DNA of 64,000 bases. Source: Pseudomonas aeruginosa PAO1. GTDB lineage: Bacteria; Pseudomonadota; Gammaproteobacteria; Pseudomonadales; Pseudomonadaceae. How positions within the stretch are numbered: position 1 is the first letter of the stretch; each line of letters opens with the position of its first letter. Positions 10,241 to 20,373 of the stretch are shown one piece after another. The notes beneath the pieces are model-generated. The model made no database searches, was not told the origin of the DNA, and saw only the letters and a list, made by a program, of their open reading frames with translations. A program made the position numbers and the translations under genes. Where the stretch lies: the NCBI RefSeq assembly GCF_000006765.1, contig NC_002516.2; one strand, 5' to 3'.

Positions 10241-11242
10241 TCAGGGCTCCGTGCGCGCCAACGGGACACCGCCGACGACCTCGGCGGCCCACTGAGGCGC
10301 GATCAGTTCGTCGACCACCTTCTGCACGTCCACGCCCGGCCGCACCAGGCGCTCGTCCGCCAGGATCGGCGCCGCGGCCTTGAGCGCGGCGACCTGTTCG
10401 GCGCCCGGCAGCGGCTGGCTGAAATCGGTGCGCGACAGTTGCAGGCGAGCCACTTCCAGCGGCAGGCCGGCTTCCTCGGCAAGCAGTTGCGCGGCCTCGT
10501 CGGGATGCCCGATCACCCAGTGGCGCGCCTGCTCGTAGGCCGCCAGCACCTGGCGGATCAGTTGCGGATGGCGTTCGGCGAAATCCTCGCGGACATTGAG
10601 CACGCCGTAGCTGTTGAAGCCGAGGTTGCGGTAGAGCAGCCGCGAGCCGGCCTGCAACTCGCTGGCCGCCATGTGCGGATCGAGTCCGGCCCAGGCGTCG
10701 ACCTGGCCCTTCTCCAGGGCTACCCGGCCGTCGGGATGCTGCAGGTGGACGATACGCAGGTCGTTCTTGTCCAGGCCCACGCTGTGCAGGCTGCGGAGCA
10801 GGAACAGGTAGGGATCGGTGCCCTTGGTGGCAGCCACCTTGCGCCCCTTGAGCTCGGCGAGGCTGCGGATCGGCGAATCCTTGCGCACCAGCAGCGCGGT
10901 CCACTCCGGGCGGCTGGCGACGTATACGGTACGTACCGGGCTGCCGTTGGCCCGCGCGAGTACCGCGGCGAGGCCGGCGGTCGAGGCGAAATCGACGCTG
11001 CCGGCGTTGAGGTACTCCAGGGAACGGTTGCTGCCCTGGCTGAACACCCAGCGCACCCGGGTGCCGCTGCCGTCCAGGCTTTTCTCCAGCCAGCCGAACT
11101 TCCTGAGCGCCAGGCTGGTGGGGGCGTAGTAGGCATAGTCGAGACGGATTTCAGCGGGGGCGGCGGCCTCTGCCGCGGGAAACACGGCAAGAACGGCGAG
11201 CAGGGCCAGCCAGGCCCGGCAGCGACGGAGAGCGGCGATCAT
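10241..11242 (-). CDS. Second sulfonate-type ABC binding protein
   Basis: Signal peptide, IRLDYAYYAP, KVAATKGTDPY, WAGLDPH; SsuA/NMT1 family. Confidence 0.88.
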   Translation of the reverse strand: MIAALRRCRAWLALLAVLAVFPAAEAAAPAEIRLDYAYYAPTSLALRKFGWLEKSLDGSGTRVRWVFSQGSNRSLEYLNAGSVDFASTAGLAAVLARANGSPVRTVYVASRPEWTALLVRKDSPIRSLAELKGRKVAATKGTDPYLFLLRSLHSVGLDKNDLRIVHLQHPDGRVALEKGQVDAWAGLDPHMAASELQAGSRLLYRNLGFNSYGVLNVREDFAERHPQLIRQVLAAYEQARHWVIGHPDEAAQLLAEEAGLPLEVARLQLSRTDFSQPLPGAEQVAALKAAAPILADERLVRPGVDVQKVVDELIAPQWAAEVVGGVPLARTEP

Positions 11243-11362
11243 GCGTCTGCTCCTGGAAGGAGGTGGATGAGCGAGCCTTCTCCCCGTCTGGCGGGCAAGT
11301 CAGAGCCGGTTTCGGAAATGGATGGCGGATAAAAAGCGTCGCGGCGACGCGCTGGCGCACAT

Positions 11363-11389
11363 AAAAAAGAGGGCCGGTCGAAACCGGCC
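11363..11389 (-). terminator. Terminator-like hairpin with UUCG loop
   Basis: Minus strand GGCCGGT-TTCG-ACCGGCC-CTCTTTTTT. Confidence 0.65.
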
Positions 11390-11440
11390 AAAAACCCTGC
11401 TCGTGGCTAAACAGCGTTGCATGACGGCACGCACCGTCGA

Positions 11441-11482
11441 ATAAAAGGTCCCGCCTGCCGTGCCTGCCCATGCAGGCGGGAC
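11441..11482 (-). terminator. lsfA terminator
   Basis: GTCCCGCCTGC/GCAGGCGGGAC 11-bp stem followed by CTTTTAT, 10 nt after the lsfA stop. Confidence 0.7.
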
Positions 11483-11492
11483 GAATCCGGCC

Positions 11493-12131
11493 TCAGCGGT
11501 TGGGCTGGGGCGTCAGGCGCAGGTAGGGCTTCACCGCGCGGTAGCCTTTGGGGAAACGCCGCTTGATCTCTTCCTCGTCCTTCAGCGAAGGCACGATTAC
11601 CACCTCGTCGCCGTCCTCCCAGTTGGCCGGCGTGGCGACCTTGTGCTCGTCGGTCAGTTGCAGCGAATCGATCACCCGGAGGATCTCGTTGAAATTGCGC
11701 CCGGTGCTCGCCGGGTAGGTGATGATCAGGCGCACCTTCTTGCTCGGGTCGATGATGAACAGCGAACGCACGGTCAGCGTGTCGTTGGCGTTCGGGTGGA
11801 TCAGGTCGTAGAGTTCGGAAACCTTGCGGTCGGCGTCGGCGATGATCGGGAAATTGACCCGGGTGTCCTGGGTCTCGTTGATATCGTCGATCCACTTCAG
11901 GTGCGACTCCACCGGATCCACCGACAGCGCCAGGACCTTGACCCCGCGCTGGGCGAACTGGTCCTTGAGCTTGGCGGTGAAACCCAGCTCGGTGGTGCAC
12001 ACCGGGGTGAAGTCGGCGGGGTGGGAGAACAGCACGCCCCAGCTGTCGCCCAGCCACTCGTGGAGGCGGATGCGCCCTTCGCTGGAGTCCTGTTCGAAAT
12101 CGGGGGCGATGTCGCCGAGTCTGAGGCTCAT
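11493..12131 (-). CDS. lsfA: 1-Cys peroxiredoxin (Prx6), sulfate-starvation induced
   Basis: FSHPADFTPVCTTE with the protein's only Cys; YPASTGRNFNE. Confidence 0.93.
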   Translation of the reverse strand: MSLRLGDIAPDFEQDSSEGRIRLHEWLGDSWGVLFSHPADFTPVCTTELGFTAKLKDQFAQRGVKVLALSVDPVESHLKWIDDINETQDTRVNFPIIADADRKVSELYDLIHPNANDTLTVRSLFIIDPSKKVRLIITYPASTGRNFNEILRVIDSLQLTDEHKVATPANWEDGDEVVIVPSLKDEEEIKRRFPKGYRAVKPYLRLTPQPNR

Positions 12132-12180
12132 GGGGTCACTCCTTGTTCGTGTTGGAGCCCACTATGCCCAAGGCCGGCTG

Positions 12181-12230
12181 ACGTTAAAAAGAATAAATTC
12201 AGATTTTCTTATAACAAAAAATAGAATACC
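12181..12230 (-). promoter_or_regulatory. AT-rich lsfA promoter element
   Basis: Minus strand TATTCTATTTTTTGTTATAAGAAA, similar to the ssuE motif. Confidence 0.5.
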
Positions 12231-12336
12231 CAACCCTTCGCCTGGAAATCCGTCTCCTTTCGTCCGCCGGCCTGCCGCCCGGCCAACCCCCGCCTACACT
12301 GAAAACACCTTGGCCCGCTATCCAGGAGTCGCCGTC

Positions 12337-12546
12337 ATGTTGGGGAAACGTTCCACCGATCCCACCCCGGCCACCCGCTTTCGCAGCGATCGCATAAGTT
12401 CGGTGAATGGGCAGTACTTCTTCTCCACCCGCGAAGGGACCCTGGAAGGTCCCTATTTCACCCGTTTCGACGCGGAGCGGGAAATCGACGCGTATATCCG
12501 CAGGATGCGCCAATCGGCGGAAATCCACGCGCCGGGTTCCCGCTGA
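12337..12546 (+). CDS. Small conserved Pseudomonas protein (DUF6316-like, 69 aa)
   Basis: AGGAG SD, then MLGKRSTDP..RFRSDRISSVNGQYFFSTREGTLEGPY; it is the C-terminal part of the listed 240-aa ORF. Confidence 0.75.
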   Translation: MLGKRSTDPTPATRFRSDRISSVNGQYFFSTREGTLEGPYFTRFDAEREIDAYIRRMRQSAEIHAPGSR

Positions 12547-12643
12547 AACGATACAGGCGCTGAATTTATTTCCCGGCGGCTGAAACGTTCAAGAAAGGGA
12601 AGGCAGGTATTCTCGGCGGAACGCCGAGGCAAATGTCACCGCA

Positions 12644-12659
12644 TGTGAACGCACTCACA
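12644..12659. promoter_or_regulatory. Perfect CRP/Vfr-type palindrome
   Basis: TGTGA-ACGCAC-TCACA, about 90 bp upstream of mqoA. Confidence 0.5.
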
Positions 12660-12748
12660 TCGGGGGTGAGTTCCAGTATCATTCACCCGGTGAATACCTG
12701 CCATGTCGTGCGTATCCACGCTTCTCCACGTTTTCTAGCGGTAAATCC

Positions 12749-14320
12749 ATGAAAAAAATCTTATTGATGCTTTTGTGCGTCAGCGTGCTGGGTTGCTCCA
12801 AAAACAGCGTCGAATCGGAAAAACCGGTCGACGTGCTCCTGATCGGTGGCGGCATCATGAGCGCCACCCTGGGTACCTATCTGAACGAACTGGAACCAGG
12901 CTGGACCATCGAGATGGTCGAGCGCCTGGACAAGGTCGCCGAAGAAAGCTCCAACGGCTGGAACAACGCGGGCACCGGTCACTCGGCGTTCTGCGAACTG
13001 AACTACACCAGCGAGGCCGCGGACGGCTCGATGGATATCAGCAAGGCGGTGGCGATCAACGAGAACTTCGAGATCTCCAAGCAGTTCTGGGCCTACCAGG
13101 TCGACCGCAAGGTGCTGAACGATCCGAAGTCGTTCATCAACAACGTCCCGCACATGAGCTTCGTCTGGGGCGACGACAACGTCGCCTTCCTCAAGAAGCG
13201 CCACGCCGCCCTGCAGCACAGCTCGCTGTTCCGCGGCATGGAGTACTCGGAAGACCCCGAGCAGATCAAGCAGTGGGTGCCGCTGGTGATGGAAGGCCGC
13301 GAGCCGGGGCAGAAGATCGCCGCCACGCGCATGTCGATCGGCACCGACGTCAACTTCGGCGAGATCACTCGCCAACTGGTGGGCTCGCTGTCGGCCAAGG
13401 ACACCTTCAAGCTGCGCCTGCAACATGAGGTCCGCGACCTCAAGCGCAACGACGACAACACCTGGACCGTGACCATGGCCGACCTGGCCAATGGCGACAA
13501 GGAAACCAGCGTCAAGGCCAGGTTCGTCTTCATCGGCGCCGGCGGCGGCGCGCTGAAGCTGCTGCAGATGTCCGGCATCCCCGAGGCCGAAGGCTACGCC
13601 GGCTTCCCGGTGGGCGGTTCGTTCCTCGCCACCACCAACCCGGACGTGGTCAAGCGCCACCTGGCCAAGGTCTACGGAAAGGCTTCGGTGGGTTCGCCGC
13701 CGATGTCGGTGCCGCACCTCGACACCCGCATGATCGACGGCAAGCCGGTTCTGCTGTTCGGTCCGTTCGCCACTTTCTCCACCAAGTTCCTGAAGAACGG
13801 CTCGCTGTGGGACCTGCCGGGCTCGGTGACCAGCGGCAACATCGGCCCGATGTTCAACGCCGGCATCGACAACTTCGATCTCAGCCAGTACCTGATCGGC
13901 CAGCTGATGCTCAGCCAGGACGACCGCATGGCCTCGCTGCGCGAGTACTTCCCGGAAGCCCGCGACGAGGACTGGAAGCTGGTGCAGGCCGGCCAGCGCG
14001 TGCAGATCATCAAGAAGGACGCCGAGAAAGGCGGCGTACTGCAATTCGGCACCGAAGTGGTGACCGCAGCGGACGGCTCCGTCGCCGCCCTGCTCGGCGC
14101 CTCGCCGGGCGCCTCGACCGCCGCGCCGATCATGCTGTCGGTGCTGGAGAAGGCCTTCAAGGACAAGGTCGCTACCCCCGAGTGGCAGGCACGCCTGAAG
14201 GAAATCGTGCCGTCTTACGGGCGCAAGCTGAACAACGACATCGAGCTGACCAACAGCACCCGTGCCTGGAGCAGCGAGCGCCTGCAACTGATCCACGTGC
14301 CGGTACAGCCGGAGGCCTGA
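12749..14320 (+). CDS. mqoA: Malate:quinone oxidoreductase (FAD)
   Basis: [49 protein letters not shown]. Confidence 0.93.
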   Translation: MKKILLMLLCVSVLGCSKNSVESEKPVDVLLIGGGIMSATLGTYLNELEPGWTIEMVERLDKVAEESSNGWNNAGTGHSAFCELNYTSEAADGSMDISKAVAINENFEISKQFWAYQVDRKVLNDPKSFINNVPHMSFVWGDDNVAFLKKRHAALQHSSLFRGMEYSEDPEQIKQWVPLVMEGREPGQKIAATRMSIGTDVNFGEITRQLVGSLSAKDTFKLRLQHEVRDLKRNDDNTWTVTMADLANGDKETSVKARFVFIGAGGGALKLLQMSGIPEAEGYAGFPVGGSFLATTNPDVVKRHLAKVYGKASVGSPPMSVPHLDTRMIDGKPVLLFGPFATFSTKFLKNGSLWDLPGSVTSGNIGPMFNAGIDNFDLSQYLIGQLMLSQDDRMASLREYFPEARDEDWKLVQAGQRVQIIKKDAEKGGVLQFGTEVVTAADGSVAALLGASPGASTAAPIMLSVLEKAFKDKVATPEWQARLKEIVPSYGRKLNNDIELTNSTRAWSSERLQLIHVPVQPEA

Positions 14321-14343
14321 TCGGCCACCGACGCGCGCGCATG

Positions 14344-14372
14344 AAAAAGCCCGGCAATAGCCGGGCTTTTTT
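14344..14372. terminator. Bidirectional intrinsic terminator
   Basis: AAAAAGCCCGGC-AATA-GCCGGGCTTTTTT between convergent genes. Confidence 0.85.
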
Positions 14373-14404
14373 GGGTTGGCGTTCGCCTTGCGGGGCGGCG
14401 CATC

Positions 14405-14506
14405 GGCGGATAACGCCGCTGGCGTTATTCGCCCTACCCGACAGGCAGCGCCGCCCACAAAGTCACTGCGGGCCGTAGGGCGAACAACCGCTCGCGGTTA
14501 TCCGCC
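14405..14506. repeat. Pair of GTAG-family REPs
   Basis: GGCGGATAACGCCGCTGGCGTTATTCGCCCTAC (14405-14437) and GTAGGGCGAACAACCGCTCGCGGTTATCCGCC (14475-14506). Confidence 0.85.
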
Positions 14507-14543
14507 GGAACCTGCATGTCACCGATTGCGCCCTCCCGCGATA

Positions 14544-15209
14544 TCACGCCCCTCCTTCGAGCCTGGCCAGGCGCTCCTCCAGCGCCGCCAGGCGCGTCTC
14601 CAGCTCGGCGATCCGCGCTTCCGCATCGGCCGACAGAGCGGCCGGCGCGGCGCGTTCCGGGTCGCTGCCCATCGCCTCCACGGCGGCCTCGAGGTCGGCC
14701 TGGCTGCCGAGCAGGTGCATGTAGCGCTCCTCGCGCTGCCCGGCGCGACGCTCCAGGTGCACGGCCAGGCCACGGCCGGCGAGGCGTTCCAGGTGGTGGC
14801 GGATCTGCTCGACGTCGTCGAAATCGTGCAGGCGGTTGCTGCGGGTGAGCAGTTCGTTGAGGGTCTGCGGACCACGCAGGAACAGCAGGCCGAGCAGCGC
14901 CACCTGTGGCGCCACCAATTCCAGGCCCTTGCCCAGGGTGTGCTCCCAGCGGTCGGCGCGGCTGCCCATCACCAGCCGGACCAGGCCGCGCCCCTCGAGC
15001 TGGCGCAGGCTCTGGCCGACCTGGCCGGGCGTGAGGTTCATCACCGGATCGCGGCTGGTCTTCTGGTTGCAGGCGAGGACCAGGGCATTGAGGGTCAGCG
15101 GATAGGTTTCCGGGGTGGTCGCCTGCTTCTCGACGAGGCTGCCGAGAATCCGTGCATCGACGGCGCTCAGCGGGTCGTCGACGAACGGCGAGTTGGGCTC
15201 GGTGGACAT
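14544..15209 (-). CDS. yceH: YceH/DUF480 family protein
   Basis: [41 protein letters not shown]; start MSTEPNS chosen for its SD (could be 15227). Confidence 0.85.
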   Translation of the reverse strand: MSTEPNSPFVDDPLSAVDARILGSLVEKQATTPETYPLTLNALVLACNQKTSRDPVMNLTPGQVGQSLRQLEGRGLVRLVMGSRADRWEHTLGKGLELVAPQVALLGLLFLRGPQTLNELLTRSNRLHDFDDVEQIRHHLERLAGRGLAVHLERRAGQREERYMHLLGSQADLEAAVEAMGSDPERAAPAALSADAEARIAELETRLAALEERLARLEGGA

Positions 15210-15337
15210 CGCTACATCCCTATGCAAGGAAAAAGGCGCCTAGCCTAGCGCGAGTCGCCGGGGATGGCACGGAGCGTCATGTAAATAAAACCCATGAGGC
15301 GAGCCCCGACCTGCGGGGCCCGCCGTCGCGCACGGGC

Positions 15338-16522
15338 TCAGCGTACGGCTTCGAACAGCCCGCTGGCGCCCATGCCGCCGCCGACGCACATGGTCACCAC
15401 GCCGTAGCGCAGGTTGCGCCGGTGCAGTTCGCGGACCAGATGACCGACCTGGCGCGAGCCGGTCATGCCGAACGGGTGGCCGATGGCGATGGAGCCGCCA
15501 TTGACGTTGTACTTCTCGTTGTCGATCTCCAGCCGGTCGCGGCAGTACAGGCACTGCGAGGCGAAGGCTTCGTTGAGTTCCCAGAGATCGACGTCGGCGA
15601 TCTTCAGCCCCTTCGCCTTGAGCAGCTTCGGCACCGAGAACACCGGACCGATGCCCATTTCGTCCGGCTCGCAGCCGGCCACGGTGAAGCCACGGAAGAA
15701 GGCCTTCGGCTCCAGGCCCAGCGCCAGCGCTTTCTCCAGGCTCATCAGCAGGGTCATCGAGGCGCCGTCGGAGAGTTGCGAGGCGTTGCCGGCGGTGACC
15801 GAACCGTCCTCGGCGAACGCCGGCTTCAGCGAGGCCAGGCCTTCGAGGGTGGTGTCCGGGCGGTTGCAGTCGTCGCGGTCGACCACTCCGTCGAGCACCT
15901 GCTTCTCGCCGCTGGCCTTGTCCTCCACCGCGTAGCGGGTGGTCATCGGCACGATCTCGTCGGCGAACAGCCCGTCCGCCTGGGCTCGCGCCATCCGCTG
16001 CTGGCTCTGCAGGGCGTAGGCGTCCTGGGCCTCGCGGGTGATGCCGTAGCGACGGGCGACGATCTCGGCGGTCTGCCCCATGGGGTAGTAGATGCCCGGC
16101 ACCTCCCTTTGCAGCAGCGGGTTCACCAGGTGGTCGGTGTTGACGCTCTTCAGGGTCAGGGTGATCGACTCGACGCCGCCGGCGACGATCACCTCGCTGC
16201 AACCGGAAGCGATCTGGTTGGCGGCGATGGCGATCGCCTGCAGGCCGGAGGAACAGTAGCGGTTGAGGGTCATCCCCGGCACCTGGATGCCGAGGCCGGA
16301 GAGCACCGCCACGTTGCGCCCGATGTTGTGGCCCTGGGCGCCTTCGTTGGAGCCGGCGCCAACGATGCAGTCATCCACCAGCAGCGGGTCGAGGTCGTTG
16401 CGCGCCAGCAGCGCGTCGACGCAGTGGGCGGCCATGTCGTCCGGCCGGGTCAGGTTGAACTTGCCGCGGAAGGACTTGGCCAGGCCGGTCCGGACGCTGT
16501 CGACGATCACCACTTCACGCAT
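15338..16522 (-). CDS. Acetyl-CoA C-acyltransferase (thiolase)
   Basis: NRYCSSG, NEAFA, GHPFGMTG, MCVGGGMG thiolase catalytic motifs. Confidence 0.92.
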   Translation of the reverse strand: MREVVIVDSVRTGLAKSFRGKFNLTRPDDMAAHCVDALLARNDLDPLLVDDCIVGAGSNEGAQGHNIGRNVAVLSGLGIQVPGMTLNRYCSSGLQAIAIAANQIASGCSEVIVAGGVESITLTLKSVNTDHLVNPLLQREVPGIYYPMGQTAEIVARRYGITREAQDAYALQSQQRMARAQADGLFADEIVPMTTRYAVEDKASGEKQVLDGVVDRDDCNRPDTTLEGLASLKPAFAEDGSVTAGNASQLSDGASMTLLMSLEKALALGLEPKAFFRGFTVAGCEPDEMGIGPVFSVPKLLKAKGLKIADVDLWELNEAFASQCLYCRDRLEIDNEKYNVNGGSIAIGHPFGMTGSRQVGHLVRELHRRNLRYGVVTMCVGGGMGASGLFEAVR

Positions 16523-16674
16523 GGGGGTACCCTCGCTGTTATTGTCGGTCGGCCGCCGGGGCAGCGGCCGGATCGAGCGAGGATAAGGCGAGGCAATCGC
16601 GCGAGGCACCGATCATTCATCCGGCGTATGCGTCGCCATCCCCTGGAGAGGACGGCGCCGCATTCCGGCAGGCC

Positions 16675-18165
<1,491 letters not shown>

Positions 18166-18308
18166 GGAGGTCTCCCTTAACCTGAGTCCTTCAAGGTAGC
18201 GGATCGGCGTGCGGCTGTCTGCGCGGCGCCGCGGCATGTTCGCGCAGCGCCTCGCCGCTGGCCGGCAAAGCCCCGTAAAATGCGCCATCCGCTTTTTCAG
18301 GTTCTGCC

Positions 18309-20273
18309 ATGTCCGACTTCCAGCATGCCCAGCTCGACTGGGACGAAAACGGCCAGCCGCTGTCCCGCGCCTTCGGCGACGTATATTTTTCCCGGCATTC
18401 CGGGCTCAACGAGACGCGCCATGTGTTCCTCGCCACCAACCGCCTGGCCGAGCGCTTCGCCGCGCTGGGCGACGGCGAGGTGCTGTGCATCGGCGAGACC
18501 GGCTTCGGCACCGGACTGAACTTCCTCTGCGCCTGGCAACTGTTCGAACGGGTCGCGCCGGCCGGCGCGCGCCTGGAGTTCGTCAGCGTGGAGAAATTCC
18601 CCCTCGCCGCCGCCGACCTGCGCCGCGCCCTGGCGCTATGGCCGGAACTGGCGCCCTGGAGCGAGGCCCTGCTGGGCCAGTACCTTGCCGTGCACCCGGG
18701 CTTCCAGCGCCTGGCGTTCGCGGGCGGAAGGGTCGGCCTGACCCTGCTGCTGGGCGATGCCCTGGAGTGCCTGCCGCAGCTCGACGCGCGGGTCGACGCC
18801 TGGTTCCTCGATGGCTTCGCCCCGGCGAAGAACCCGGACATGTGGTCGCCCGTACTGTTCGCCGAACTGGCGCGACTGTCGGCGCCGCAGGCGACCCTGG
18901 GCACCTTCACCAGCGCCGGTTTCGTCCGCCGCGGGCTGGTCGAGGCCGGTTTCGCCATGCAACGGGTACCGGGCTACGGACAGAAGCGCGAGATGCTCAG
19001 CGGCACCTACCAGGGGCCGCCGGCGAACGCCGGCAAGCCCTGGTACGCACGCCCCGCGCCCCACGCCGGGCGCCGCGCGGCACTGGTGGTCGGCGGCGGC
19101 CTGGCCGGCTGCGCCAGCGCCGCCAGCCTCGCCGCGCGCGGCTGGCAGGTGACCCTGATCGAACGCCATCCCGGCCTCGCCCGGGAAGCCTCGGGCAACC
19201 CCCAGGGCGTGCTCTACCTGAAACTCTCGGCCCACGGCACGCCGCTGTCGCGCCTGGTGCTCAGCGGCTTCGGCCATACCCGCCGGCTGCTCGAACGCCT
19301 GCGGCGCGGCCACGACTGGGACGCCTGCGGCGTACTGCAACTGGCCTTCGACGCCAAGGAAGCGCAACGCCAGGCGCAACTGGCCGCAGCCTTCCCCGCC
19401 GACCTGCTGCACGGCCTGGAGCGCGAGCAGGCCGAGCGCCTCGCCGGCGTCGCCCTGCCCGCCGGCGGCCTGTTCTATCCCGAAGCCGGCTGGGTCCATC
19501 CGCCCGCGCTGTGCCAGGCCCTGGCCGCCACCCCCGGGATCACCCTGCTGAGCGGCCGGGCAGTACGCTTGCGCCGCGAGGGCGACGACTGGTGCGCCTA
19601 CGCCGGCGACGAATGCCTGGCCCGCGCGCCACTCGCGATCCTCGCCACCGCCGCCGACATCCGCGACTTCCCGCCCGCCGCCGAGCTGCCGCTGAAGCGC
19701 ATTCGCGGGCAGGTCACCCGCCTGCCGGCCACCCCGCAAAGCCGGGCGCTGCGCACCGTGGTCTGCGCCGAGGGCTACGTCGCACCGCCGCGTGGCGACG
19801 AACACACCCTCGGCGCCAGCTTCGACTTCAAGAGCGAAGACCTGGCGCCGACCCTCGCCGAACACCAGGGCAACCTCGAACTGCTGCGGGAAATATCCCC
19901 CGATCTGTTGCAGCGCCTGGGCGCCGACGACCTGCCGCTGGAGCGCCTGGAAGGCCGCGCGGCATTCCGCTGCACCAGCCCCGACTACCTGCCCCTGGTA
20001 GGCCCGCTGGCCGAGCGCGCGGCCTTCGACGAGGCCTACGCGGTGCTCGCCCGCGACGCCCGCCAGGTGCCGGAGCGTGCCTGCCCCTGGCTGCCAGGCC
20101 TGTACCTGAACAGCGGCCACGGCTCGCGCGGGCTGATCAGCGCGCCGCTGTCCGGCGAACTGCTGGCGGCGTGGATCTGCGGCGAGCCGCTGCCGCTGCC
20201 GCGCGCGGTGGCCGAGGCCTGCCACCCGAACCGCTTCCTGCTGCGCGACCTGGTGCGCGGGCAGCGCGGCTGA
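18309..20273 (+). CDS. mnmC: tRNA mnm5s2U34 bifunctional methyltransferase/oxidoreductase
   Basis: FGDVYFS, ETGFGTGLNF, WFLDGFAPAKNPDMW, VGGGLAG, ASGNPQG, HGSRGLISAP. Confidence 0.93.
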   Translation: MSDFQHAQLDWDENGQPLSRAFGDVYFSRHSGLNETRHVFLATNRLAERFAALGDGEVLCIGETGFGTGLNFLCAWQLFERVAPAGARLEFVSVEKFPLAAADLRRALALWPELAPWSEALLGQYLAVHPGFQRLAFAGGRVGLTLLLGDALECLPQLDARVDAWFLDGFAPAKNPDMWSPVLFAELARLSAPQATLGTFTSAGFVRRGLVEAGFAMQRVPGYGQKREMLSGTYQGPPANAGKPWYARPAPHAGRRAALVVGGGLAGCASAASLAARGWQVTLIERHPGLAREASGNPQGVLYLKLSAHGTPLSRLVLSGFGHTRRLLERLRRGHDWDACGVLQLAFDAKEAQRQAQLAAAFPADLLHGLEREQAERLAGVALPAGGLFYPEAGWVHPPALCQALAATPGITLLSGRAVRLRREGDDWCAYAGDECLARAPLAILATAADIRDFPPAAELPLKRIRGQVTRLPATPQSRALRTVVCAEGYVAPPRGDEHTLGASFDFKSEDLAPTLAEHQGNLELLREISPDLLQRLGADDLPLERLEGRAAFRCTSPDYLPLVGPLAERAAFDEAYAVLARDARQVPERACPWLPGLYLNSGHGSRGLISAPLSGELLAAWICGEPLPLPRAVAEACHPNRFLLRDLVRGQRG

Positions 20274-20373
20274 AGCCCCGGGCGCACCGATTTGCGCTAC
20301 CCTTCGGGCCTGCCGCACGCGCAGGCCATACCGGACCACCGGCTGGCTCACCCGCGGAAATAGTTGATCGACG

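Noticed and set aside
12752-12758. A7 run at the mqoA start, and other A7-A8 runs, as phase-variation tracts
   Set aside because: Short runs explained by Lys codons or terminator tails; too short to call.
15263-15290. sigma54 promoter (TGGCACG)
   Set aside because: No TTGC at -12 and no plus-strand gene downstream.
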